DNA of 64,000 nucleotides, taken from an uncultured Ignavibacteria bacterium (GTDB lineage: Bacteria > Bacteroidota > Ignavibacteria > Tepidaquicellales > OLB5). Under the pieces are notes generated by a model, which saw nothing but the letters and a program-made list of their open reading frames with translations, ran no database searches and was not told the DNA's origin. Every line of letters starts with the position of its first letter. Position 1 is the stretch's first letter. The position numbers and the translations under genes were made by a program. Below, in pieces: positions 18,108 to 27,888 of this stretch. The stretch is taken from NCBI GenBank assembly GCA_963816535.1, contig CAWFKW010000003.1, positions 1,708,059 to 1,772,058 on the forward strand. Direction: 5' to 3'.

Positions 18108-20441
18108 TTAAAAGTAAGTAAATACCACGTTCAGGAAATGATCGCCCTGGTAGCGGTTAAGGAACGGCAGCATCAGCCCGTTGCGTATCAGAATTTTAGA
18201 AAGGTCGGAAGATTTCCTCAGCACCTGGCTGTAGTCCGCGTTGGGGAACATGGCTATTACGTTACCGAGCGGGTAATAAGGGTCCTTAAGAAATTTTTCT
18301 TTTGATGCCAGCAATCTTTTTTCCTTTATTTTTACCAGCGCGCTCACTGTATCGTTTTTATTCTCTTTCTCTTTGTCCGGCGCATATACGTATAAGCTAT
18401 CGCCGCGGAAAATTGGAAGTTCCTTTTTGGTCAGATCGTCTATAACCGATAGCCGCAGCTGATACAACCCGCTCTCGAACGGCGACGATTTAAACTTCCT
18501 CGAGTAGTTAAGCATGGCAAAAGGTTTTAGGATCAATATATTTTTTATTTCCTCGTTTTCGAAGAACTGCTCCACGTTCCTTTCCGAAAACACGTTTGCG
18601 TAAGTATCATATGCCACCGTATCATTATCGGCTTCCACAAGCTGTATCTTGGTTTTGTATCTCCCGAAATCATCATCCGGCGTCTGGAGGCTATCCAGCG
18701 CCGATATATCCGCGATTTTCCATTTAAGCGTTACCGTTTGAGGATTCAGCCCGAAGTTTGAGTTATCTATATAGAAATCATTAAGTATCAGTTTTTTCCC
18801 GAACGAGATGGCGCCGGCCCCGTAATTTTTGCCGATCTGGTAGCTCACTTGCCTTGTCGTATCGGCGCTGCTGCCTTTTTTATATTCTATTTTATTTTCA
18901 GAGAGGTAAAATATCCTGTAATCGCCTATCTGTTCGTTCTTATAGCTCAGCTTCTTAAGCTTATCGATCAGCAGATCGCTTCTTACAATGAATAATTTTA
19001 TTTTCTTTGCCTCGAGAAATTTCCTGAGCTCAAGGATATTCATCTTCTGCTGTTCATCTTCGTTTTTACGCTTTGATGATTTCTTTGTGACTGGCACGTT
19101 TGGCGGGAAATAAGAAGGAATTGTATCCGAAGTAAACATCCCCGGCTTATTTGAAATTACCTGGAGCGGGTAAATATCATAATACCCCTCAACCCTTTCA
19201 AAATATATCTTTTCACCGTCGGCAAAATATTTTTTCTGAATGAGCTGCTTGGTGAGGTTGGCTACTTCGTAGGTATCATCCCTGTATGCAGGCTGGTAAT
19301 AGAAACACCAGATAATATTGACGAGGATTATCGCGGCGAGGCCCGAAATCAGAATATACTTCCTCAGGTCTGTAAGCTGCCATACGGCAAACGGAAAAAG
19401 CATAATGGCGTTTATTACGATGTAGCGCGATATCATGTTGGTGCCCCCCGAGCCGAAAATGCCGCTTAGCATCAGCAGCAAAAGCTCGATGAGATTAAAA
19501 AGCAGGAAAACCCTGAGCATCGGGAAATCGCCTTTGAAGCCGTTGGGCTTATTCATCAATACCCGTATTATCTTCCACAATCCCAAAACCGTTGTAAGAG
19601 GAGCGATATAGAAAATGAAGAAGGGATATTGTATAATTCTTTGCACGAGGCCCGCGCTTTCAAGTCCCGCGTATATTTTTGTGGTTTCCCTTACAAAGAA
19701 AAAAGCGTCCCCGTAATCTTTGGAGTTTTCATAGAGCCACCACAGCGCTGATAGAACTGAGATAAGTGAAACAGCTGCGCTTGCAAGCGTTGGCTTAGAG
19801 AACTTAAACTTGCGGTATGAAAGATATCCTGTAAGCAAAATGAGAGCTATTGAAAAAAACCAGCCCTCGTACCTGAGCAGGTTCGCAATATTTAACGAAA
19901 TACAGCCCGCGAGCAGATTAATTAGCGCCGAGCGTAATTTTCCTTCCTTCAGATCTTTGTACCAAAGAAGGAAGTAGTAGAAGGTTATAGTGATGAAACA
20001 GAAAAAGACCGATTCGGGCATTCCGGATGAGCTTAACCAGACCTGGAACGGGAACACTGCAAATATTAAACATGTGACAAAAGCGATGCCCTTGCTGAAA
20101 ATTCTCTCCATCAGAAGGTAAAGGAATACCAGGGTTAATACTGAAAAGAATGTATTGGCCATTACCGGCCCGAGCGTAAGGTCTTTGAACAGCCATATAA
20201 ACATGCCGTTCAGCCAGAAGTGAAGGCTGAGCCATACCCCGGAATAGATCCGCGGGTTTTGAAGCCAGTCCCATGAAATTACGGTTCTGCTGTAATCATC
20301 GGCAGTGAGCCATTTCAAACCGCTGTTAAGAACAATCAGCTGGAAAAAAGTCTTTAAAGCGATCAAAACGGTAATTGCAACAGGACGTTTGCGAAACTGC
20401 TTAATGAGCGCCGGCTTTATTTTAGAAAGAATGTCCTTCAA
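18108..20441 (-). CDS. GT-C fold (GT39/ArnT-PMT-like) glycosyltransferase with large soluble C-terminal domain
   Basis: ADDYSR acidic pair after TM1, MPES and LLRYEGW motifs, about 11 TM helices. TTG start. Confidence 0.8.
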   Translation of the reverse strand: MKDILSKIKPALIKQFRKRPVAITVLIALKTFFQLIVLNSGLKWLTADDYSRTVISWDWLQNPRIYSGVWLSLHFWLNGMFIWLFKDLTLGPVMANTFFSVLTLVFLYLLMERIFSKGIAFVTCLIFAVFPFQVWLSSSGMPESVFFCFITITFYYFLLWYKDLKEGKLRSALINLLAGCISLNIANLLRYEGWFFSIALILLTGYLSYRKFKFSKPTLASAAVSLISVLSALWWLYENSKDYGDAFFFVRETTKIYAGLESAGLVQRIIQYPFFIFYIAPLTTVLGLWKIIRVLMNKPNGFKGDFPMLRVFLLFNLIELLLLMLSGIFGSGGTNMISRYIVINAIMLFPFAVWQLTDLRKYILISGLAAIILVNIIWCFYYQPAYRDDTYEVANLTKQLIQKKYFADGEKIYFERVEGYYDIYPLQVISNKPGMFTSDTIPSYFPPNVPVTKKSSKRKNEDEQQKMNILELRKFLEAKKIKLFIVRSDLLIDKLKKLSYKNEQIGDYRIFYLSENKIEYKKGSSADTTRQVSYQIGKNYGAGAISFGKKLILNDFYIDNSNFGLNPQTVTLKWKIADISALDSLQTPDDDFGRYKTKIQLVEADNDTVAYDTYANVFSERNVEQFFENEEIKNILILKPFAMLNYSRKFKSSPFESGLYQLRLSVIDDLTKKELPIFRGDSLYVYAPDKEKENKNDTVSALVKIKEKRLLASKEKFLKDPYYPLGNVIAMFPNADYSQVLRKSSDLSKILIRNGLMLPFLNRYQGDHFLNVVFTYF

Positions 20442-20444
20442 CCG

Positions 20445-20930
20445 CTAATTCTTATTATGGCTCTTGATCTCAATGTTTTCTTTGTACATTTCGTCAAGCT
20501 TTTGCCCAAAGAAATCCAGGAATTTCAGCAAAATCTTATTCCCGAGTTTTGGATCGATCTTAACCAGGTCCTCGAACCCCGGCTTTGAAAATATGATCAG
20601 CCGTGTAACCTCGTCTGCAATACACGTGACTGAGTGATTAGACTCGGTAAACAGGTGAATTTCAGAAAAGTAGTCCCCGTCTTTAAATGCCCTCACTTCA
20701 TTTGAAACGGACCGGTTCTCAGAAACCATACTGACCGAGCCCTTAACTATTATATAGAAGCACAGCCCGATAGTTCCTTCGGCAAAAATTTTTTCCCCGG
20801 CGGAGTAGTCTCTGATGTGAGTTATTCTCAAAAGAGCTTTCACATCAGAGTCGCTTAGATCTGAAAAAATAACGCAGCCTTTGATCCTTCCGGCAAGGGT
20901 ATCTGTATCAGCGCTTCCTCTTTTAAACAT
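20445..20930 (-). CDS. Stand-alone cyclic-nucleotide-binding domain protein
   Basis: IFSDL, IFAEG, FYIIVKGSV, GDYFSE. No HTH domain. Confidence 0.85.
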   Translation of the reverse strand: MFKRGSADTDTLAGRIKGCVIFSDLSDSDVKALLRITHIRDYSAGEKIFAEGTIGLCFYIIVKGSVSMVSENRSVSNEVRAFKDGDYFSEIHLFTESNHSVTCIADEVTRLIIFSKPGFEDLVKIDPKLGNKILLKFLDFFGQKLDEMYKENIEIKSHNKN

Positions 20931-20942
20931 AACTTAGTTAAA

Positions 20943-22175
20943 TTATGATTTCAAAAATTTATTTAGTCTTATCCTGAACGTTGTGCCTTTACCGGGCGCT
21001 GAATCTTTAATTGTAAGCTTGCCCTTATGATAAGTTTCTATAATTCGTTTTGAAAGGCTGAGCCCCAGCCCCCAGCCCCTAACCTTGGTGCTGAAACCCG
21101 GCCTGAAAATATCTTTCTTGAACCGGAGGTCGATGCCCTTGCCGGTATCTATCACATCTATAAATATATGACCGCCTCTATCGCTCAATACAAACGCAAT
21201 GCTTCCGGTCGAGCTTTCAATTGCGTCAAGCGCGTTCTTTGTCAGATTTTCAATTACCCATTCGAACAGGTCGCGGTTGATCAGCGCCGAGCATGCTTCA
21301 GAACCGAGAATCTTCAGATCAATTTTTCTTTTTGAACCCTGGCCCTCAAAGGTCCCGACGGTTATCTTTGGGATCCGTATCTCAAAATACTTAATTACTT
21401 TATCAATAACGTCGTATATGTTTTCCATTTTCAGGTCGGGTTTGGAGCCTATCTTCGAAAAGCGGTTTGCAATTTTGCCGAGACGGTCCAGGTCATTTGA
21501 CATTTCATTTGCAAGCTCTTCGACCTTGGCGGAATTGCCGGCGTTTACTTTCATAAGCTCGTTCCATCCCATAAGGCTCGAGAGCGGCGTGCCAAGCTGG
21601 TGCGCGGTTTCTTTTGAAAGGCCAACCCAAATATTGCTTTGCTCGGTGCGCTTTATGTAATTGAAACCGAAATACCCCAGAAATATAAATACTCCCGCAA
21701 CAAAAAACTCAACTATTGGCAGTATCTTCAGGCGGGTAACAAGCTTTGATTGCCCGTAATGAACATAACTTAGAGGCACCGAGTCCTGGAAAGTAACTTT
21801 GATAGGTTTGTTTATCTCGTCCATGTTAGCAACGTACTTATCAATTATCTGCCTCTGGTCATCCTTCGGTTTCGTGGAATCTATCTCAAGGTTGCGGACA
21901 AATGTAGGGATTTTGGTTTTTGCATCTGTTACTATTATAGGAAAATTTATCGTGTTGGAAGTTATAACAGTATTGAAAATAAAATTATATTCGCCTGACT
22001 GGTTTTCGTCATTAGCGATAAATTCTATCGATTTTGCGTAAAGGTTGGCAATTTCGCGTTCTCTCTCAAGTATTTCAGACACAAGAATTTGCGTGTAAAC
22101 AAGCGTTGCGATCATTATGGCGACGCCTGTTAAAAACAGAGCAATTTTAATATTTGCAGAACCGTAACTTTTCAT
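20943..22175 (-). CDS. Membrane sensor histidine kinase
   Basis: Two TMs, H box ETAHQLGTPLSSL, N box ENLTKNALDA, DTGKGI, GWGLGL. Confidence 0.95.
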   Translation of the reverse strand: MKSYGSANIKIALFLTGVAIMIATLVYTQILVSEILEREREIANLYAKSIEFIANDENQSGEYNFIFNTVITSNTINFPIIVTDAKTKIPTFVRNLEIDSTKPKDDQRQIIDKYVANMDEINKPIKVTFQDSVPLSYVHYGQSKLVTRLKILPIVEFFVAGVFIFLGYFGFNYIKRTEQSNIWVGLSKETAHQLGTPLSSLMGWNELMKVNAGNSAKVEELANEMSNDLDRLGKIANRFSKIGSKPDLKMENIYDVIDKVIKYFEIRIPKITVGTFEGQGSKRKIDLKILGSEACSALINRDLFEWVIENLTKNALDAIESSTGSIAFVLSDRGGHIFIDVIDTGKGIDLRFKKDIFRPGFSTKVRGWGLGLSLSKRIIETYHKGKLTIKDSAPGKGTTFRIRLNKFLKS

Positions 22176-22287
22176 TATATCCTGAAAAAATAACTTAAAT
22201 GGTATTTATTTGAAAGATAAAACAGAGTAGGGAATTAACGAAAAGCGCGGTTTTTGAGGCTAAATTATATTTCGGGTTTGTGCGTTC

Positions 22288-23247
22288 TTATTCGTCGAAA
22301 TTCAGAATTGGCGTTAGCGCTCTGACCCGCTCGTGATGTGAGGCTTGCGGCATTTCGGAGAAACGTTTTCTTTCTTTAATGTTCAGCAGGTAGCCGCCGG
22401 TCATTCTAAGCTTGGCTGCCGCGCTTACATAACGCCTTTGGGAATAGACGTCATACGTATTGTTCTCAATTTCTTTAAGTATGCCCGCGTAAATTTTATA
22501 CATAAGCACGGCCGTTGTTCTGGAGCCGTCATTGGTGAGATAAGATAAGCCGTACGATGCAAGTTCATAGAACGCTTTGTTTCTGGCAACGTTAAATTTC
22601 ATCATTGCGCGGAACTGTTCGTTTGTAACTTTGCTGGCAATATCATTTTCGCTGTAATCAAAATAATTTCTTTCGTCTGCCGGCAGGTAGATCCTGTCCA
22701 TACTGTAATCTTCATATACATCGCGCAGAATATTTGTGAGCTGCATAGCTTTGCCAAGATAAACCGCATAAGGCAGCGCAGCTTTATTTGAGTACCCGAA
22801 TATCTCGGACATCATAAGTCCCACAACAGACGCCACTTTATAGCAGTAGGTATCAAGCTCCATAAAGGTTGCATAACGTTTCTTGGAGATATCCATCATA
22901 ACGCCTTCGATAAGATCTGTAAAATAATGTTTCGGTATTCTGAATCTCTTAACCGTTTCAGAAAAAGCAGATTCAGAAATTGGCTTTGAGCAGTAAACAT
23001 CATCAAGAAAATTATACAGCTCTGAATATTTAAGCTTAATTTCAGTCTGGGTGTAAATGCCTGAATGGTCAACAAGGTTATCCGCATATCTGCAAAATGC
23101 ATAAACAGTGTAAGCGGCGTTACGTTTTTCTTTTGGAAGCAGGAATGACGAAAAATAAAAACTCTTTGCATGAAGCCGCGTATAGGCTTTACACCCTTCG
23201 TAACCTGAAACCAGCGGAATTAATTTATCAGAAAGTAAAAGATTCAT
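22288..23247 (-). CDS. crtB: Phytoene synthase
   Basis: AKSFYF, VYAFCRYADNLVD, YCYKVASVVG, AMQLTNILRDV, RIYLP. Confidence 0.95.
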   Translation of the reverse strand: MNLLLSDKLIPLVSGYEGCKAYTRLHAKSFYFSSFLLPKEKRNAAYTVYAFCRYADNLVDHSGIYTQTEIKLKYSELYNFLDDVYCSKPISESAFSETVKRFRIPKHYFTDLIEGVMMDISKKRYATFMELDTYCYKVASVVGLMMSEIFGYSNKAALPYAVYLGKAMQLTNILRDVYEDYSMDRIYLPADERNYFDYSENDIASKVTNEQFRAMMKFNVARNKAFYELASYGLSYLTNDGSRTTAVLMYKIYAGILKEIENNTYDVYSQRRYVSAAAKLRMTGGYLLNIKERKRFSEMPQASHHERVRALTPILNFDE

Positions 23248-23259
23248 TCAATAATATTT

Positions 23260-24744
23260 TCAGCTATTTATAAGATTATCAGCAATTCTTGCAGACGAGA
23301 GAACTCCCGGCAACCCGGCCCCCGGGTGTGTGCCAGCCCCCACAATATATAAATTCTCAAAATCTTCCGAGCGGTTGTGCGGCCTGAACCAAGCCGACTG
23401 TGTTAAAACAGGTTCAACCGAAAACGCCGAGCCAAGGTAACTATTCAGCGTATTTTGGAAATGAAGCGGATCTATACAATGCTCGGCAATTATATTTTCC
23501 TGCAGCCCGGGTAAATAATTCTCTTCCAGGAAGTTCATTATCCTGTCTCTGTACGGTTTTGCCGCCTTGTTCCAATCCATGCCCGAAGCCAGGTTTGGAA
23601 CGGGCGAAAGCACATAGAAAGTCTCGCACCCTTCAGGCGCAACGGATGGATCTGTCGCGCTTGGCATATGCAAATATAATGAAAAATCATCACTTAAGCG
23701 TTTTTTTGTGAAGATATCGTTCAGCAATCCTTTATATCTTTTTCCGAGAATTATGTTGTGATGCTTCAGACCCGAATCAGTATATCTCTTCTTCGTTCCG
23801 AAATAAATTACAAAGAGCGACATGCTGTAGCGCATTCGTTTGATCTTTCCATCGGTATATTTTCTGCGATATTTTGGGGCAATCAGATTCTTGTATGTGA
23901 ACGCCATATCCGAATTCGAAATTATTATATCAGCCTGGTGAAGCGAACCGTCATGCAGCTTAACCCCGGTTACTTTTTTACCGCTGACTGTAATTTCAGA
24001 AATCTCTGAATTCAGATTTATTTTGCCCCCTAATTCAACGAATAGTTTAACCAACGCGTTTACCAATTCGCCTGTTCCGCCCATTACGTAATGAATTCCC
24101 CATTCACGCTCAAGATAATGTATAAGCGCGTAAATTGAAGTTGTATCAAACGGGTTGCCGCCTACCAGCAGCGGATGGAATGAAAAACACTGTCGCAGAA
24201 AATCATTCTTGATAAACCCTGAAGTGTATTTATAAACCGATTTATATGATTTAAGTTTTATAAGGTCGGGAATTACTTTTATCATATCCGAAAACTTCAA
24301 AAATGGCTTGTCGCCAAGCTCAACAAAACCCTTTTGAAAAATAGCCTTTGTCGTCTTTATGAAATCCGTATATCCTTTTTTGTCTTCAGGGTTCCATTTA
24401 TCTATTTGGCTTAAGGTAAAATCTGTATCTGCATTATAATCGAAACTCTTTTTTTCATGGTTAAATATCCCGTAAAAAGGATCGAGCGGAACCAGCTTAA
24501 CATAATCGGCCAGTTTTTTTCCGGTAAGCTCAAATAGTTCTTCGAACAAAAAAGGGGCTGTAATAACGGTTGGACCGGCGTCGAATTTGAAACCGTTTAA
24601 TTCATAAACATAAGCGCGGCCGCCCGGTTTATCCCGCTTTTCAAATAATTCAACATCATGCCCTCTTGCGGCCATTCGTATAGCGGCGGCAAGTCCGCCA
24701 AACCCGCTTCCGATAACAATTATTTTCTTTTTTGAATTTTCGAT
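23260..24744 (-). CDS. crtI: Phytoene desaturase (probable non-canonical ATC start at 24744)
   Basis: Frame extends upstream of the ORF-track Met to include [14 protein letters not shown] (FAD motif). Also [31 protein letters not shown]. Confidence 0.93.
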   Translation of the reverse strand: MENSKKKIIVIGSGFGGLAAAIRMAARGHDVELFEKRDKPGGRAYVYELNGFKFDAGPTVITAPFLFEELFELTGKKLADYVKLVPLDPFYGIFNHEKKSFDYNADTDFTLSQIDKWNPEDKKGYTDFIKTTKAIFQKGFVELGDKPFLKFSDMIKVIPDLIKLKSYKSVYKYTSGFIKNDFLRQCFSFHPLLVGGNPFDTTSIYALIHYLEREWGIHYVMGGTGELVNALVKLFVELGGKINLNSEISEITVSGKKVTGVKLHDGSLHQADIIISNSDMAFTYKNLIAPKYRRKYTDGKIKRMRYSMSLFVIYFGTKKRYTDSGLKHHNIILGKRYKGLLNDIFTKKRLSDDFSLYLHMPSATDPSVAPEGCETFYVLSPVPNLASGMDWNKAAKPYRDRIMNFLEENYLPGLQENIIAEHCIDPLHFQNTLNSYLGSAFSVEPVLTQSAWFRPHNRSEDFENLYIVGAGTHPGAGLPGVLSSARIADNLINS

Positions 24745-24767
24745 AACAGAATTAGAGTTAAATGTTG

Positions 24768-25070
24768 TTAACTTTGGACTATCTTCTTATTATAATACTC
24801 CCATATTATTATATTTCCGGTGAGTAAGCTGAATCCGTATAAAAAATCTTCAATTGGAATAGTGAACAATCTAACGTTCATGTAATAACTCTCTCCATAC
24901 GTTACAATTGGCCGCCATGTCAGGTAGCCGTTGATAATGAAAATAATTACAAACATAATGCCCCAGAATGCCCAAAATTTCTTATTCAGGATGAGTCGCG
25001 TGCCCAGGATAAAATCAAATAAAATCACCACAAAAACCGATGCAGCGGCAAGTATTGTATATTCCTTCAA
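24768..25070 (-). CDS. Lycopene cyclase domain protein (heterodimeric CrtYc/Yd-type subunit)
   Basis: 100-aa membrane protein with [11 protein letters not shown] motif, in crt context. Confidence 0.85.
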   Translation of the reverse strand: MKEYTILAAASVFVVILFDFILGTRLILNKKFWAFWGIMFVIIFIINGYLTWRPIVTYGESYYMNVRLFTIPIEDFLYGFSLLTGNIIIWEYYNKKIVQS

Positions 25071-25378
25071 TTTTTATCCCTCATAAAGTACTTTACCGTT
25101 TCCCAGGTGAATAGGGCGCAAAACGGAATTACAATAAAAAACAAAACTTCTTCTATCGGTAAATTAATTATTCTAAATCCTGTTATGTAATTCTCATTAA
25201 AGCCCCAGTGGCCGCGGGCCGTAGCCCAAACGTCCCAGCTTGTAAATACTATGAAGGGTATTCCGATTGCCACGACTAAACGCGCGGGATTTCTGTAGAA
25301 ATCCAGCTTCCTGCTGAAGCTGAGGAAAAGGGGCCCGGCAAGGCAAAGAGCAAGTACTATAAAGTATTCAAGCTTCAC
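25067..25378 (-). CDS. Lycopene cyclase domain protein (heterodimeric CrtYc/Yd-type subunit)
   Basis: WDVWA...GHWGFN...LPIEEVLFF motif. Confidence 0.88.
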   Translation of the reverse strand: MKLEYFIVLALCLAGPLFLSFSRKLDFYRNPARLVVAIGIPFIVFTSWDVWATARGHWGFNENYITGFRIINLPIEEVLFFIVIPFCALFTWETVKYFMRDKN

Positions 25379-26150
25379 AGCTTTGGTAATTATAGATTAT
25401 GATTAATTCCGCCCCCATTAGAGCCAATCCAATAAATGTAAACAGGAAATATCCGTAATAAATGTTTATAATAGAAAAATTCAAAATATTTATGGAGAAA
25501 ACAATTGCAGGTATTGCAAACCATTTCTTGTCCCCAATCCTCTCCGTATCCCATTTTGTTACTTTTTCCATAATGAATGAGAAGATAAATCCCAATACAA
25601 ACCAGGCGGCAAAATTCTGCATGGGCACGCTGCCTTCATCCCACGCCCAAAAACCATTTGCAAAAGAGGCAAAAGGCTCAAGCAAAATGTCGGTTGCAAG
25701 GATCAGTACAGCGGATACAAAAGATACAGCAAATGATCCGGATTTAGGGAGAAACATCTTTGCAATCAGGAAAGAACTTACTGTGACGGAAACCCATGCA
25801 AACGCAATAGCGGGCGGCGTGCCTTTTATGAGTGGATAAAGCGCGTTAGTGTAATGATAAGCTCCAAACGGGATCGAATATCTTACGCCGATAAATTCAA
25901 CTGCAAAAGAGAGGTCCAGAATTATCATTGTCGAAATCAATATGCTGCGTAAGCCTGCAAGATGGCGGAGTGAAAGGATAATGATAAACGCCTGCAAAGC
26001 AAGAAATACGGATGTCGTCCATAAATATTGTCTGCCGAAGGCGCTTAGCATAATAAAAATACCCACGGGAAACATTACGCACAGAAGCCCCGTGAGAAAT
26101 TTTTCAGGCTTAGTATAAGCGCTAATTTCCTCTTTCGTCGCGGTTTTCAA
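25368..26150 (-). CDS. cruF: CruF-like carotenoid 1,2-hydratase (carotenoid biosynthesis protein)
   Basis: EFIGV..IPFGAYHYT, P.AIAFAW, DILLEP, VPMQNFAAW. Probable TTG start at 26150 (ORF open to 26201). Confidence 0.8.
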   Translation of the reverse strand: MKTATKEEISAYTKPEKFLTGLLCVMFPVGIFIMLSAFGRQYLWTTSVFLALQAFIIILSLRHLAGLRSILISTMIILDLSFAVEFIGVRYSIPFGAYHYTNALYPLIKGTPPAIAFAWVSVTVSSFLIAKMFLPKSGSFAVSFVSAVLILATDILLEPFASFANGFWAWDEGSVPMQNFAAWFVLGFIFSFIMEKVTKWDTERIGDKKWFAIPAIVFSINILNFSIINIYYGYFLFTFIGLALMGAELIIIYNYQSCEA

Positions 26151-26703
26151 GGTACATTTCTTTAGTGACGCTTGAAATAAAAGTATCCATGTCCGAATCA
26201 AGTTTCTCGCGCATCCGGTCGCTCAGGAATTTTTCGCCGAGTATCCCCGCCATAAAATGCACTTCGCTTGCCTTCTCACGAGTCATCTTAATGTGAAAAC
26301 GCAAAGTTACTTTTGTCTGGCTAGCGCTAAGCGAATCGAAAACAGCCTTGCAGTATAAATAATCCTTTACGCTGTCAACCGACTCAAATAAAAGCGTATC
26401 ATTTCCACGACTCTTATCCTCAAGCATGAATGTAAGATTGTAAGGAGAGGCGAGTGGAGCCTTTATCCTGTACAGCCATTCACTATCCTTATCGTTGATC
26501 TTTTTTACGCTCACTATGTCAGGGAAATATTTAGGGTATATGTCCAGGTTTCTGATAAAGTCAACTACAATACTTTCCGGCAAGCTTATAGTCGCCGATT
26601 TTTCAACATCTGCGGAAATACTGAATGAATATCTACGGGAAGCCGTTAAACTCACCGTTGTGACGCAAAACAGAATAATTATCAGAATGTATATTTTTCT
26701 CAT
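26122..26703 (-). CDS. Exported SRPBCC/START-fold protein
   Basis: Signal peptide, then VVDFIRNLDIYPKYFPDIVSV...SEW and a long C-terminal helix, typical of helix-grip folds. Confidence 0.7.
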   Translation of the reverse strand: MRKIYILIIILFCVTTVSLTASRRYSFSISADVEKSATISLPESIVVDFIRNLDIYPKYFPDIVSVKKINDKDSEWLYRIKAPLASPYNLTFMLEDKSRGNDTLLFESVDSVKDYLYCKAVFDSLSASQTKVTLRFHIKMTREKASEVHFMAGILGEKFLSDRMREKLDSDMDTFISSVTKEMYLENRDERGN

Positions 26704-26718
26704 CAGGTAATAAAAAAA

Positions 26719-27864
26719 TTATTCCGCCAGCGGATTATATACCCTGCCTTTCCATTTAGCGCCTTTGCCAAACCGAAACCAGCGCCAGGAATTTGCAGCG
26801 ATAACCGGAACCGTCAGCGCTCCGAGCGGGTGCAAAAAGGCAGATATTAAACCCAGCTTAAACTTTGCGGAAAGTAGAATCCTTGCCAAATAGAGCAGGA
26901 TTATCTGAATTAATAGTAAAATCGAGTTAATTTTTGAGCTGAATGGTAAAAATATGTCAATTATTAATAAGACAAAAGGAAGAAAAAACAACAGGAAATA
27001 CGTCATATTGACGCCAAAAAGCGATAAATCCGAGAAATTGAATCCCGCAAATATGTTCTTCGAAAAGCCGTCCCAGATCTCCCCGAAATTTCGGTACATT
27101 CTCACGCTAAGCATGTTTTTGCCGTCTTCGCAAACCAGTTTGAGCCCGTATTCTTTTATCTTTCTTCCCAGCCAAACGTCCTCAACCAGCGCGCTCTTAA
27201 CCGATTCATGCCCTCCGATCTTTTCATAAGCCGTTCTTCTGAAAAGCATAAACGGCCCGATGCCGAGCGAATATTTTCTGAACCCCGGTTTATCTACAAA
27301 ATAAAACGGAAGAAGACACATGAGGGTAAACATGAGCATCGGCATAATTATTTTCTCGGAGACACTTTTCATTTCAAGGCGGGGCAGAAGAGTTAACAGG
27401 TCGGCGCCGCGGTATAAGGCAAGCTCCACTGAATCGCGAATAGAGCCATTATAATGCGTTGTATCCGCATCGGTGAACAACAGCCATTCGCCCCTGGCCG
27501 ATTCGTATAACTGGCTGCATGCATAACATTTTCCAGTCCAGCCATTCTCAAGCTCTTTACCGTTAATTGATTTCAGTTTCGGAAACATGACCTTCAGCGA
27601 ATCGATAATTTCGCCCGTGCGGTCTTCGGAATTATCGTTAAGGGCAATAACTTCATAATTAGGATAATCCTGTTCTAATACCGAGCGGAGGATATTTTCT
27701 ATATTGCGCTCTTCATTTCGGGCCGGGATAAGTACAGATACAAAAGGAAGTCTATCGTCTGGAATATTAGGCGGGTATTTTTTCCGTAACATGTACAGGT
27801 TGGAAAGAAAGATCAAAAACAAAACCGCAAGAATTGCAGTAACCAGTAAATTATAAATCAGCAT
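26719..27864 (-). CDS. GT2 carotenoid glycosyltransferase (CruC/CrtQ-like)
   Basis: VSVLIPARNEE, GWTGK, LLFTDAD, IGGH...VED, VRMY, WKGRVY. Confidence 0.88.
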   Translation of the reverse strand: MLIYNLLVTAILAVLFLIFLSNLYMLRKKYPPNIPDDRLPFVSVLIPARNEERNIENILRSVLEQDYPNYEVIALNDNSEDRTGEIIDSLKVMFPKLKSINGKELENGWTGKCYACSQLYESARGEWLLFTDADTTHYNGSIRDSVELALYRGADLLTLLPRLEMKSVSEKIIMPMLMFTLMCLLPFYFVDKPGFRKYSLGIGPFMLFRRTAYEKIGGHESVKSALVEDVWLGRKIKEYGLKLVCEDGKNMLSVRMYRNFGEIWDGFSKNIFAGFNFSDLSLFGVNMTYFLLFFLPFVLLIIDIFLPFSSKINSILLLIQIILLYLARILLSAKFKLGLISAFLHPLGALTVPVIAANSWRWFRFGKGAKWKGRVYNPLAE

Positions 27865-27888
27865 GATGAATTTACGAATATAAAGATT

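Noticed and set aside
24765-24800. Programmed -1 frameshift fusing the cyclase subunit to CrtI
   Set aside because: The crtI frame is -1 relative to the cyclase, but the overlap has no X XXY YYZ slippery site and no clear downstream structure. An ATC start is simpler.
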